Shown piece after piece: positions 56,001 through 64,000 of a stretch of 64,000 bases of DNA. The notes beneath the pieces are model-generated. The model did not search any database. It saw nothing but the letters and a program-made list of their open reading frames with translations, and had not been told where the DNA came from. Both the position numbers and the translations under genes were made by a program. The stretch comes from Bugula neritina (Eukaryota > Animalia > Bryozoa): positions 569,680 to 633,679 of the forward strand of contig OZ037767.1 of assembly GCA_964035545.1 (NCBI GenBank). Reading direction: 5' to 3'. Each line of letters starts with the position of its first letter. The first letter of the stretch is position 1.

Positions 56001-59000
56001 TGATGTCACTACACTGATGTCACTACACTGATGTCACTACACTGATGTCACTACACTGATATCATATTGCAGAGCAACGATAGACTCAATGAGGGCGGCT
56101 ATTCACAAACTCCATTCCTCTGTGGCCAAGTTGGAGAGACAATACCAAACCTACAATTCTCAGGCTAAGGAGCAGCTGCAATCTCTTGAGGGGATCAAAC
56201 ACCAGCTCCCTGAATATGAGCAGATTGTAGCTGAGGCTACTGAGCTACAGCATACTTTAGATGATAAACTGAGTGTGCACAGCAGACTACAGGTAAGTGT
56301 AATCTGTAGAACTGTTATGTTTGGATAGTCAAAGAGGAGGAATATTTTGTTGTTTGTTGCTGAGTCTGGTTTATTTTATCAAACTTGTAGCACATGGAGA
56401 AGCCGCTGACCAACCTTGTGTCACACTTCCATGTGATAGACTCTGAGCACGTCCCTAGTGGAGAACAAGAGAGTTATCAAGAAATTTCAGCGAGAATAGA
56501 GGCATTGTGTCAGTCTAGAAGTGAGATTTACAGTCTCCAAACAGACAGACTGAATGCTCACAGACGATTGGCTACTCAGATGAGACGCCTGGAGGATGAT
56601 ATTATCATAAGTCTGGGAGAGAAGGTGGACAGAGTGGGCAGTGGACTGAATATAGAGAATGCAACTCAGAGATTGGCTGAGTTACAGGTGAGTCACTAGT
56701 TCACTGTGATTCACTATAGTCAACTGTGAGAAACTAGTTCACTGTGAGTTACTAGCTGACTATTTGTCAGTCACTGTTAAAGTGCGAGTCACTCGTTTTA
56801 CCATGAGTCAATAAATGATCAGTCATTCTGTGAAATGCTTGTTTTATTGTTAGTCGACAGTCACTAGTGACTGGAAACACTAGTATCTCTGTACTAGATA
56901 TTTGACATTTGGAGTAGTAAATACAATTCTTGTTTCCAGAGTGTGGATATCTCCTCCTGTGACGAACTGTGGACGGCCATTGAAGAGTCATTCAAGCTCG
57001 TTGAAGAAGGCACGTCACCGAAGGGTTGCGAGAAGTTGATAGCTGATCTCAAAACTTTCAAGCATGACTTTGACAGCTGCCTGATGAAGTTCAACAATTT
57101 GCTGAATTTGCTCGGCGCTGTGGCTGATAAGTACGATATCTTCAAACAAAAGCACAGTCTTGCCAAGGAGTGCCTTAGTTCTCTAGACAAGAGGAGAGTG
57201 GGCCTCAGCAAGTCCGCCCCCGATAGTGTGCAGGAGTGGCAGTCCCACTGTGAACAAGTCAAGGTAAGAACTTTGTGTATGAGTATACAGTAACTGCAGT
57301 GAGGTGTGGTGGCTTTGCTCTTTCACTCCTGGATCAATGTTGTATACTTCAGACGCTGAGTAAGGATATGAAAGACGGAACAGATTTAGTTGAGTCAGTA
57401 TCACATCTGTATTCTGAGCTTACAGAGCTTCTGGAATCTTCTGCCCTCACCACCAGCGTTTCTTCTCTCCAAGATCTTCTCTTCAGGTAAATAATTTATA
57501 TTGAACCTGTTTATATGCATTGCAGACTTTCTGCATTATAATTATGTCATGGCTCCCTTGAACCCAAAATAATGTCTTTGTCAACTGCACATCTGACACC
57601 ATTAGAGCTCTCGTAGAAACTGCTTGTCATTGTTTCAGTATCGGTTCATCTCTCACTCTGTACAGATCATTTGTGTGATGCTGTTTACTACTAAGTCTGT
57701 CTGTATCTGCTTGACCTCTCTCTATTAATATTACTTGTATCAATTTTAGGCTGGAGACAAACACGGATAAACTTTTAGCAGACGGAGAGAGCTCATTGGC
57801 CAAATTCACTGAGTTTAACCAATTGGCTGCTGACTTTGATAACACATATTCTCAACTTAGTCAGACTCTCTCTGGTGTACAGGAAGAGATAGAGGGCGCT
57901 GTCAGGTCGCAGCAGACAGAGAAGGTCAGACGGCAGCTTGAAGTGAGTACAGAATCAGTTTTTGTAGCACCATCTAAATTGAAAATTTCAATAAAGTTGA
58001 ATCTTTCTCTAGTCAATGACTAAATAGTCATGTTAGCAGTTAGTAGTAACACAGAGTGAGTTATTGGTACTATTAGAGTCTGTGTTTCTCTCCAGCCGTG
58101 TGATCAGATGCTGAGAGAGATGACTGAGTCTCACCAGCATCTTTCAGAGATCTGCTCCCAGTCACCACAGAGTGAACACATGACGTCCTCAGTCCTCTCT
58201 CGCACCAGGCAGGTGAAGGAACTCTCCGGCATATACGAGACTTGCAGAGGTCACGTGAGTCACCGAGCCCAAGATCTACAACTTTTACATGACAGGATTG
58301 AGGAGGGTCGCAAAAGACTCTCTGAACTGACTGCCACACTAGACACCACTCAGCTAGCTCTGGACTTGGACACTAAGACACTGCATCTGGATAAGTTGAA
58401 AGTATGTTTGGTTTGTGTACATGATAATTGTGAGTATCTTAACTCTTAAACAGTATTCCAGAACCTGGTATCCTCTACTACTCTAGGAGGACTCCATCTG
58501 TCATGTTTTTCACGCAGAAATAAATTATTATCTTTAGAACTAATTCCATGACTTGGCTCAAAGAGAAATATAACTTGTAGAAGCTGCAGACGGCGTTGTT
58601 AAAGGAGACAAAATCTCTGGAGGTACAGCTGAGTAAACTCTCCCATGTTGATGGAGATGGCCAGATCTCCAAGTTGCAGACGGATTACCATAGCCTCAGT
58701 ACTCGACTAAATGAGGCGGTGAGGGTGTGGGACGGGTATGTCTCTAACCACTCTGATCTAGAAGAAGCTGTCATCTCATTCGGCAGCTGGTTGGACAAAC
58801 AGACGTTCAAGGCGACACCTCCAACTAGCCAGGAGAGCTGTGAGCACACCTTGTCCGCCTTGCAGGTTAGTACCTGGTGTATAGGTTAGTACCAGGTGTA
58901 TAGGTTAGTACCAGGTGTACAGGTTAGTACCAGGTGTATAGGTTAGTACTAGCTGTATAGGTTAGTACCAGGTGTATAGTTTAGTACCAGGTGTATAGGT

Positions 59001-62000
59001 TAGTACCAGGTGTATAGGTTAGTACCAGGTGTATAGGTTAGTACCAGGTTTATAGGTTAGTACCAGGTGTACAGGTTAGTACCAGGTGTATAGTTTAGTA
59101 CCAGGTGTATAGGTTAGTACCAGGTGTATAGGTTAGTACCAGGTGTATAGGTTAGTACCAGGTTTATAGGTTAGTACCAGGTGTATAGGTTAGTACCAGG
59201 TGTATAGGTTAGTACCAGGTGTATAGGTTAGTACCAGGTGTACAGGTTAGTACCAGGTGTATAGTTGGGCACATTATGAGTGAGTAAGGTGAAGTGTATT
59301 CTACAGGTTCAGGTTGACCTGTTCAAGAAGCAGGCGTCTGATCAGCTGGATGAGTTGACAGTAAAGTCGGTGCTGGTGAAGGGGGAGACAAGTCCTGAGG
59401 GAATACATAACATCGATGAGGTGATACACAGGTGCAGAACTCACCTTTCACAAACTCAGAACGATGCAGATCTCAGTCTAACCTCTCTCACTCAGCTATT
59501 GGATGATTTTGTTGATTATAACGGAGAATATGAGCGTCAGGTAAGGTGGTGGCTTGCTTCTTCTGTACTCAATATCCATCTCAATAGTTTGCTAATTTGC
59601 GTTTGAAAAGTTTGAAAATCGATTTTCGCCATGTTCTTATGAGATAGTAACATAACTTGAAAGTGGAAGTGATATGTAGTGATGTGAAATTGTCTAGTGA
59701 CTTTGGTGTAGGATGAGTGCTGTTTCACTTTGAAAGTGTTACAAGGTTTTTGATTGGATAATTGTTTGCAGACTGCGTGGGTGCAGACGATGAATGAGTC
59801 ATCCACAGAGCTGATGAGTTACAATCCACTGAAGTCTCTCTCTGAGCAGCTGGAGCAGTTCAAACAGGCCGAGGTAAGCCGGTGGTGCTTGGTGGCAGAT
59901 TTGACGTTGAGTTAATATGGGGAGTTGTAGTCACTCTGATTGATATGGGGAGTTATAGTCACTCTGATTGATATGTAGAGTTATAGTCACTCTGATTGAT
60001 GTGTAGAGTTATAGTCACTCTGATTGATATGTAGAGTTATGGTCACTCTGATTGATATGGGGAGTTATAGTCACTCCAGCTAGCTATCAAAGTGAGCCAT
60101 GGTTTTATATATGTAATACTCCGTAAAATGTTGTTTTATAATGGAAATGTGATTGAAGCAAATCATAACATGTAACTCCTCTTGTAGTATTTGCTGGATG
60201 AGATACAGGAACACGAGACAGACATCAGAGCTGTGAAGGAACAGGCTCAGTCACTGCTGGGCAGATGTCCCTCTGCACACAGACTGACTAGTGATATTGT
60301 TAGACTTACTGAAAAATACGACATGCTGGCTTATACCTCACAGGTATTGGCAGACGTATAAATTGTAAAAGAAGCTACAAACTGCGATTGTTTAACATAA
60401 TATTGATAAATAACAACATGAACCAGACATGTACTAATCATACTAAGCAGTTACTGAGCTTTGACTCTGCACACATTCCAGGCGTCTCTGGGTAAACTCG
60501 AGCATTCCGTAGACCACCAGAAGAGACTTGAGACGTGCCAACGCTCTCTCCAAGATACTGTAGACTTTGGTGGCTCCACCCTTGCAGAGATTGACCTAGA
60601 AACTGAGGACTTGCAGCTTATTGGTCAGAATATTGACACACTTAAGGTAGTAGAATTAGTTATTATAATACTTCATATTCCACTTTGCTATGTTTTCTAA
60701 TTTACCCAAAATGTTTGTTTTGGTTTGTTAATGTTTGGCAACTTTCATAAGATGTTAGACAGAAAGCTTTTATACTGGCATGTATTTGGCTTTATCTGTA
60801 TTCACTCATAAGACCACATACCTAGTCATAGTCCACACAGAATTCTCTTTGAATTCTCACCTTATTGCTTTATCATGCCGAACCAATTTCGTACTCTTCC
60901 ACCATTTTCTAGCGACTGAAGCAAGAGCTGTCCGCTGAAGGTCAGCAGAGGGTCACGGATCTGCAATCAGAAATGGATGCCAATGTAAGAGGTGCAGACA
61001 ACTCTCCAGCTGAGCTGATAATAGACTATGAGCAGCTGACCAGCAAACTGAACCGGCACATTGGACAGCTTGAGTCTAAGTTAGCCACACATCAAGGTTA
61101 GTCCTGAGTCTAAGTTAGCCACTCATCAAGGTTAGTTCTTCATTCTCAGTGCTTCTTTTACAAGACTTTTGTATGGGATGTTTAGTGTTTCTAGTAGTAA
61201 AAGTGTTTACTTGAGACTGCAACCCTGTCTAGTCATACTTTGTGATGTCACAGAGTCATCAGTAGTTCTGGCTGAGGCTAAAGGTTACTTGGACTCCGTG
61301 GAAACGCGTCTATCAGAGCTGCAGTTTGCCGATGACGTCACAAGTAAAAGGAAGACAACTTCCTGTTTGCAAGATCTCGATTCAGTGTGTGAGCTGGCGC
61401 TGGACCTCATCCACTCCTTACAGCAGAAGATTTCCTCTCTCTCTCCCAGCATAGCTCTGGCAGTTCAGAACCTAGCTACTCGGCATGCTGGCCTGTCTTC
61501 TGATGTACAGGTGAGTAAACAGGTGTACAGGTGATTCAACAGGTGTACAGGTGAGTGTACAGGTGGGTCAACAGATGAGTCATCAATTGAGTCAGAGCTC
61601 AGCTAGCAGCTGTAAAAGTTATATGTCTCATCTTCTCACAGGATGCCATGAAGATGAGGAGTCTCTATCTAGAGAGACACGAGAGAATGGACAGAGAGTT
61701 GTCTGCCCTCTCCGCCAGTTTGCAGGAAGTAAATGAAACTCTGGACAGGATACAGCAAGATAAAGTTGGTGAATCTACAGTTCACAGGAACATCAGGTAA
61801 TCATCGATATTCTTGTATGTTCACCTGACTCTTGTATGTTCACCTGACTCTTGTATGTTCACCTGACTCTTGTATGTTCACCTGACTCTTGCTATGATGT
61901 GTACAGTTGACTGTTACCTGTTTCGCATTCACCTAGAAATAATTTGTTTTACTAACTTGACCCTTTGTACAATGTTGGAGTTATTTTCTCTTTGGTTCTC

Positions 62001-63966
62001 AACCTCCAGTTAGTATTTCTGTCTGTTATATCGTAACACTCAATCAATTGTTAGGTCTACGATGATGATTGGCAAGTTGCTGGGAGAGAAATCTGACGCA
62101 TTCACTGACCTGCAAGCACTTGTTAGACTAGTCTGTGAGAGCACTAGTGACAAGGGGAAAGTTGTCATACATGCCAAGGTGCTCTATCCATACTATGTTT
62201 AAACCTTCTCATGTTAACAAGTTAAAAAAACTATTTTCTATTGCTTTATGATTATGCAATTTAATTTTCATTGCAAATTGAAAGTTGTCTGCTTTACTCT
62301 TCTGTATGAGTTGAAGAGGTTCTTCTATCTGTAGCCATATAATTATTCTGTACAGGTTCAGGAGTTGTCCACTCTACTAGCTGACGGTAAGGCTCTAGTA
62401 ACGAAAGTCAAGACAGAGCTAGTGGAAACACAGGGAGTGTTAAGTCAGCATTCCACTCTGGTGACTCATATCGCTGATCAGCAGAAACAGAGCTCTGCTC
62501 GGCTTTCTCTCGTGAAGAGAACCAGTCTAGAGGTCAGGAGGAGTCGAAGAGATCATGATGACTTGGAGGTATGTGTTACTAGTAGTATATTATATTACTA
62601 GTAGTATATTATATTACTAGTCCTATACTATATTACTAGTAGTATATTATATTACTAGTAGTATATTATATTACTAGTCCTATATTATATTACTAGTACT
62701 ATATTATATTACTAGTCCTATATTATATTACTAGTCCTATACTATATTACTAGTAGTATATTATATTACTAGTAGTATATTATATTACTAGTACTATATC
62801 ATATATCATATATAGTACTAGTATATCATATTACTCTAGTACTAATAGTATAGCATATTATGAATATATATAAATGCTAATACTGGAAATTCAATTGTCT
62901 TGCAGCTGCTGATTGGTCAGCTGGAGGATGTAGAGTCAAGTAGCCTATCTGAGTTGAGAAGACTCAGTGATCAACTGTCTAGAAAACACAAGACCTACAG
63001 TGAGCAGCACTTGCCGGCCCTTGTCAGTCGCAATCAAGAGCTGCAGGCTGAATGTGACACTGCCGTGCAGGTGATTGGCAGGTTCTTGAGACTGCACAAG
63101 GCTATACTGACAGCTGTGGAGGAGACTGACAGGGTGACTCAGGAGCATGCTTCTTGGGTGTCCAGTCATCAGAGGTTCGGTCACCCAGCAAACATCTCTC
63201 ACACTATTGAGGAGATACAGGTTAGCCTCAGAGTATGAGAATTAGCCTCAGAGTAGAGTATTCTTAGGTGCAGCTCTCTACCAGCCCTCTAACTATGTTG
63301 TCATATTTACGTTGCTTATTTAAGCATAGAAGTTGTCTGCTCAATATTACAGCATAAGAGGTTAGTGTTGGCTGAGCTGAGTAGTCTATCAGAGGCTGAA
63401 GAGCTCACGGGGCAGATAACAGAAGACGCTTCACCTCAGCAGCTCAGAGCTTTAGAAGCTACAAAAGTGGCCTCCAGTGAAACCTACAACGAGTGAGTGA
63501 CCTTCACCTTGCTCTGTTTTACCTCAAGTAGTATAGTACAGTGACCTTCACTTTGCTCTGTTTTACTTCAAGTAGTGTAGTACAGTGACCTTCACCTTGC
63601 TCTGTTTTACTTCAAGTAGTGTAGTACAGTGACCTTCACCTTGCTCTTTGTTATCTGCTGCAGTGTTGTCGAAGGTCTAACCAGACTGCTGGCCAGAGCC
63701 CAGCAGATACAGACGTGCTACAAGAAGTACTGCATCTCCACTGACGTCCTCAACGCCACGTTCAGTCAAGTTGACTCGGCTTTAGCAGCTCTCGACACGA
63801 CAGGAAATGCTGATGACATCACGACTCACATCAACTCGCTGGCTGACTGTCAGGAGAATCTGAAGAGACGACACTCGTGTCTCAACACGATGCACGAGCA
63901 GGTCGCTGAGATCGAGGCTCTGACTCTCTGCATTGGAGAGTTTGATGTGGAGTCTGTGGACAGGAA
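8005..63966 (+). CDS. SYNE1: Nesprin-1/MSP300-like giant spectrin-repeat protein; 83 coding exons in window, ~5,390 aa, continues past the window end
   Basis: Exons read by eye, all GT-AG and phase-compatible: 8005-8098,12444-12505,12674-12769,12935-13111,13233-13363,13953-14149,14411-14505,14677-14814,15383-15524,21982-22142,22319-22438,25554-25715,26656-26752,27235-27440,28171-28384,31496-31599,32705-32871,33072-33225,33733-33876,34081-34353,34690-34869,35005-35283,35798-36025,36315-36416,36824-37010,37136-37257,37392-37553,37795-37956,38038-38270,38774-38978,39177-39548,39693-39848,39943-40107,40776-41133,41327-41535,41697-41848,41940-42351,42817-42969,43176-43340,43649-43845,44118-44244,44501-44638,45137-45295,45615-45815,45958-46077,47040-47186,47390-47677,48375-48616,48727-48982,49300-49563,49844-50056,50226-50397,50592-50881,51044-51352,51687-52010,52161-52279,52725-52911,53120-53296,53597-53746,53856-54025,54153-54297,54552-54863,55130-55450,55574-55680,56073-56292,56391-56687,56940-57263,57353-57486,57750-57942,58096-58401,58581-58865,59307-59540,59772-59873,60188-60343,60482-60646,60913-61096,61254-61510,61642-61796,62055-62178,62356-62568,62906-63220,63353-63492,63664-63966. 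The rod is helical heptad-rich with recurrent 'L..WL...E' and 'L..RW..L' spectrin-repeat motifs. The KASH domain lies outside the window, so the name rests on the CH region. Confidence 0.88.
8110..8515. repeat. Two 21-bp minisatellites (8110-8205; ~8330-8515)
   Basis: Units atctagtaatacatgctctta and tgtatgtacagtagtatatgt. Confidence 0.9.
9307..9775. repeat. 32-bp minisatellite, ~14.5 copies
   Basis: Unit ctagtaagatactgtatctgtgtagtattaca. Confidence 0.95.
10253..10800. repeat. 25-bp (10253-10506) and 27-bp (~10615-10800) minisatellites
   Basis: Units gagaggtgttagtactctagtctga and tatagtaacattgtatattgtatactg. Confidence 0.92.
10813..10897 (+). CDS. Candidate alternative first coding exon B (MEGRRMSAMSSAAFVNSMSRRVSILAMR)
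   Basis: GC-richer island with ATG at 10813. Phase-1 donor GAG|gtaccg at 10898 gives ILAMR-DEQERVQKK. Confidence 0.55.
11751..12444 (+). repeat. 21-bp x33 minisatellite made of the 3' splice site of exon 2
   Basis: Unit act(c/t)tcacttgtatattacag; the last copy supplies the AG at 12442-12443. Confidence 0.97.
12444..14505 (+). CDS. SYNE1: Tandem calponin-homology actin-binding domain exons (exons 2-7) of the nesprin-like gene
   Basis: DEQERVQKKTFTNWINSYL; DLFVDIRDGVKLMKLLEVLTG; IKLVNINPSDIVDGKPSIVLGLCWNIILYFQIEE; DFSTSWRDGMAFNA; DVNKPDEKSIMTYIAQFLKAYP. IILYFQIEE and PDEKSIMTY.AQFL are nesprin-type rather than dystrophin- or actinin-type. Confidence 0.93.
13359..13745 (+). repeat. 30-bp x13 minisatellite containing the exon-5 donor
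   Basis: Unit actaa|gtaagttagtgattggttgagattg. Confidence 0.96.
14162..14398. repeat. 21-bp minisatellite filling intron 6
   Basis: Unit atatatgatgaactatctgtt. Confidence 0.9.
14817..15357. repeat. 18-bp x30 minisatellite filling intron 8
   Basis: Unit cagtgtaatctacagcta; starts inside the donor gtcagt. Confidence 0.96.
16042..17007 (-). CDS. Nested GT31-family beta-1,3-galactosyltransferase-like gene, single coding exon
   Basis: Motifs VHTAPSHFQHRMLIRETWG, FFLG, DVVQETFLDSYRNLTYK, VLKTDDD (DxD), YPPYCPG, VDDVYFTGILA. Hydrophobic N-terminal segment after MDFPL (ATG at 17007). The ORF track starts at 17082, but a strong minus-strand acceptor (tttctttatctgtag|17045) suggests the first 12 codons are intronic. 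Confidence 0.93.
   Translation of the reverse strand: MDFPLCLSCCYHWTVYICLQLLVLNSVYATPASHIVNPHPFKYHINNERACLEKHSDILIWVHTAPSHFQHRMLIRETWGNPHNFHVHNASLIFFLGMSTNSTVQSKIEYEGEVYRDVVQETFLDSYRNLTYKAIAGCKWTSTYCKSAELVLKTDDDMVVDIHLLFRHLTTLRKQGRVLKNTFLCDVWYGRTPQRTSGKWKITEQEYNGTQYPPYCPGLGVVMTGDIVPKLYNQSLYEPYFWVDDVYFTGILAKTINATFEQLASTVHFGSSSLIKQNTIFNNEYMWIFYHINDQRIFRMMWTMIDERERRRMHSGADRVT
17295..17600. repeat. 30-bp x10 minisatellite
   Basis: Unit ctagtactaatactaaatactactctctaa. Confidence 0.94.
18278..18346 (+). repeat. Left target-site duplication of the RTE (69 bp)
   Basis: acttgatagacatcagatttctcc...ggtaaaattctgtcctgt matches 21911-21979 except at one base (18334 a vs 21967 t). Confidence 0.92.
18347..21910 (-). 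mobile_element. Apparently full-length RTE-clade non-LTR retrotransposon (3,564 bp) between 69-bp direct repeats
   Basis: Single APE+RT ORF, no ORF1, ~380-nt 5' UTR, 37-nt 3' UTR ending in (AG)n. Flanked by near-identical 18278-18346 and 21911-21979. Confidence 0.93.
18384..21533 (-). CDS. RTE retrotransposon ORF: AP-like endonuclease + reverse transcriptase (1049 aa, uninterrupted)
   Basis: APE motifs: WNVRTL, LCETR, SGVGF, SAYAPT, GDFNARVG, LDYVI, STDH. RT motifs: NYRGISLL, QCGFR, FIDFTKAFD, GVKQGCVLAPTLF, FADD, FTYLGS. RTE-type C-terminus RWLGHVHRM. Confidence 0.97.
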   Translation of the reverse strand: MTMETVFDTGTNVARVNKVRAGLLPLRQPVKSQLGRNGKFRKVLRLAEWNVRTLLDRNNSKRPERQTALVAKELGRYDIDIAALCETRLALNDSLVDNGYTFFWSGKGEEERRESGVGFAIRNTIMPYLEQEPTATSDRIISMRLPLKKNHYVTIVSAYAPTMTNTEEKKEEFYNKLRETVKNISITDKLIIAGDFNARVGCEAQNWPGVIGNQGIGKCNTNGELLLAFCSEYQLVITNTVFKHRQHHKVTWMHPRSQHWHLLDYVITRRKDQNDVLDTRAMRGADCSTDHIMIRSKLAFALRKAKNKTRGNSACKLNVGKLQNQDMLQEFQKQMDKAMDYRDDDGVTLEERWGKLKISAFNTATKVLGRAERKHQDWFDDNDAKLNALLNERNKAKSKALQRRTRSSTDRLAQARSKLQKYTREKKSQWWEEKAESLQQAADKNNMKAFYNGLREVYGPQNRGIAQLLDQSGKTVLTAKNDTLKRFAQHFDLLLNVPGEVDQEALNSLTNMPPNLSLDDMPSFDELLDAIDATKENKSPGECGIPAEVWKYGGIRLKERLYDLIAYIWSNEKMPQNWKNANIVPIFKKGSRKDCGNYRGISLLSIAGKIMARIILNKINVNITPGILPETQCGFRNSRSTIDMIFSFRQIQEKCAEQNMELYAVFIDFTKAFDTVSRDGLWRVLKKFGLTEKVINLIKALHAGMQAKVVQGRDASNEFAVTNGVKQGCVLAPTLFSLYLTAMLEVAFQNVNEGIYIQTRHGADLFDVAQFKSKTRTTKHLVREMLFADDSALVAHCAADMQVLVNNFAKAAAQFSLKINIKKTECMYQPIKLIHPPPEPEVVMIDQEPVVLASDFTYLGSTVSCTAKIDKELRNRLGKASAAYGKLQQRLWNNRHVSIRVKCKVYRAVVLSSLLYGAETWTIYRTQVKKLSAFMMRQLRDIMAVKWYDKVTNEEILRRANLPSMADILIEKNLRWLGHVHRMEHSRLPRQLLYSQLKEGKRNTGRPRLRLKDVAKRNMKWRAINLSSWQQTADNRAAWRAATKSKLNP
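21911..21979 (+). repeat. Right target-site duplication of the RTE (69 bp)
   Basis: Copy of 18278-18346, directly followed by the AG acceptor of exon 21982. Confidence 0.92.
22588..23224. repeat. 11-bp (22588-22702) and 20-bp (23119-23224) tandem repeats
   Basis: Units ctacctgtaca and ctcctctcttctctggaact. Confidence 0.85.
25355..27094. repeat. Intronic arrays: 21-bp (25355-25545), 15-bp (26041-26590), 12-bp (26790-27094)
   Basis: Units tataactctcacagtatattg; tgtgtattactatac; tatagtatagta. Two exons are interspersed. Confidence 0.9.
27831..28024. mobile_element. MITE with 37-bp terminal inverted repeats including flanking TA (Tc1/mariner-like)
   Basis: 27831-27867 tatgggtcattttatttaatttagtacacactggaaa is the reverse complement of 27988-28024 with 1 mismatch. 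No ORF. Confidence 0.85.
28388..31454. repeat. Intron-15 arrays: tagca/tata-rich (28388-28665), 21-bp (29480-29806), G18 run (30174-30191), 14-bp x~78 (30366-31454)
   Basis: Units atacatatagc-type; catagtataacatacagtgt-type; aacatatagtat(a/g)t. Confidence 0.92.
31944..32280. mobile_element. Degenerate foldback relative of the 27831 MITE
   Basis: Begins tataggtcattttacttagtttagtacacac and ends gtgtgtactaaatcacccata. The interior resembles the reverse complement of 27860-27990, followed by an inverted copy. Confidence 0.7.
33205..33724 (+). repeat. 53-bp x~10 minisatellite: last 21 nt of exon 18 + donor + 32 intronic nt
   Basis: Unit cagtacgcccagcgactacag|gtactgtagtagttactacactgtatactcaa. Confidence 0.96.
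35290..36793. repeat. Intronic arrays: 35290-35781; 30-bp donor-anchored 36026-36215; 18-bp 36543-36793
   Basis: Units atatacagtataccagttgttgttat...; gtaagtaggtcacatgacacgtctctgtca; tgtactgttacatatta-type. Confidence 0.9.
39541..39655 (+). repeat. 30-bp x4 repeat containing the exon-31 donor
   Basis: Unit gcagtcag|gtgagtgtgtgtagatacatct. Confidence 0.93.
40098..40730 (+). repeat. 55-bp x~12 minisatellite containing the exon-33 donor
   Basis: Unit ctatgagcag|gtgagtgtgacacactgtgtaaggtgcttgtactgtgtgtagtta. Confidence 0.96.
41869..41954 (+). repeat. 29-bp x3 repeat containing the exon-37 acceptor
   Basis: Unit ttacctgttgtag|agatgtgagactatat. Confidence 0.93.
42400..45605. repeat. Intronic arrays: 20-bp (42400-42545), 37-bp (~42993-43140), ~33-bp (43344-43636), 19-bp (45308-45605)
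   Basis: Units ctactatctgcagtaatatt; tattaagtaggtctgctgttacc...; acctgctctacctactatactatatactatatac; actataacttacagtacat. Confidence 0.87.
46061..47021 (+). repeat. 33-bp x29 minisatellite: last 17 nt of exon 45 + donor + 16 intronic nt
   Basis: Unit ctataacctctctcaag|gtactgtatactcaca. Confidence 0.97.
47678..48189 (+). repeat. 13-bp x~39 minisatellite starting exactly at the exon-47 donor
   Basis: Unit gtgagtcagtgta. Confidence 0.96.
50424..56064. repeat. Intronic arrays: 50424-50580; 21-bp 51414-51676; donor-anchored 12/13-bp 52273-52620; 39-bp 53322-53594; 23-bp 54904-55127; 14-bp 55712-56064
   Basis: Units aggtatagagtgtag; tgtataatattctacagctaa; agttact|gtgagt; cacatgtaatactaagtctatactactatatgctgtgtc; actgctgactctgttacctctca; tcactacactgatg. 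Confidence 0.88.
58864..59263 (+). repeat. 19-bp x21 minisatellite containing the exon-71 donor
   Basis: Unit ag|gttagtaccaggtgtat. Confidence 0.96.
59915..63645. repeat. Intronic arrays: 28-bp 59915-60076; donor duplication 61071-61136; 20-bp donor-anchored 61505-61575; 19-bp 61810-61892; 19-bp 62577-62830; 44-bp 63497-63645
   Basis: Direct inspection of the tandem units. Confidence 0.85.
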
Positions 63967-64000
63967 GTAAGTCTTGGGAATAATGGAACCGCTGCTTTTT

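Overview
AT-rich, intron-dense animal genomic DNA; an invertebrate is inferred, and there are no prokaryotic features. (1) The last two coding exons and 3' UTR of a MARK/Par-1 kinase (KA1 domain, + strand, 2356-2880). (2) The 5' part of a giant nesprin-1/MSP300-like gene (+ strand, ~8005 to beyond 64000). I traced it by eye as 83 phase-consistent GT-AG exons (~5,390 codons): tandem CH domains followed by a long spectrin-repeat-type rod, with at least two candidate alternative first exons. (3) Intron 9 (15525-21981) holds a nested antisense GT31 beta-1,3-glycosyltransferase gene and an intact, apparently full-length RTE-clade LINE with a 69-bp target-site duplication ending 2 nt before the exon. 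(4) Two related TA-flanked MITE-like elements. The most striking feature: dozens of introns carry their own unique minisatellite, and many units are copies of the splice junction itself (exon end + GT, or branch point/pyrimidines + AG + exon start). This gives arrays of 2 to ~39 near-identical splice sites, three of which stay in frame and stop-free. Most long low-complexity ORFs in the track are artefacts of these repeats. Coordinates were counted by hand, so repeat edges are approximate.
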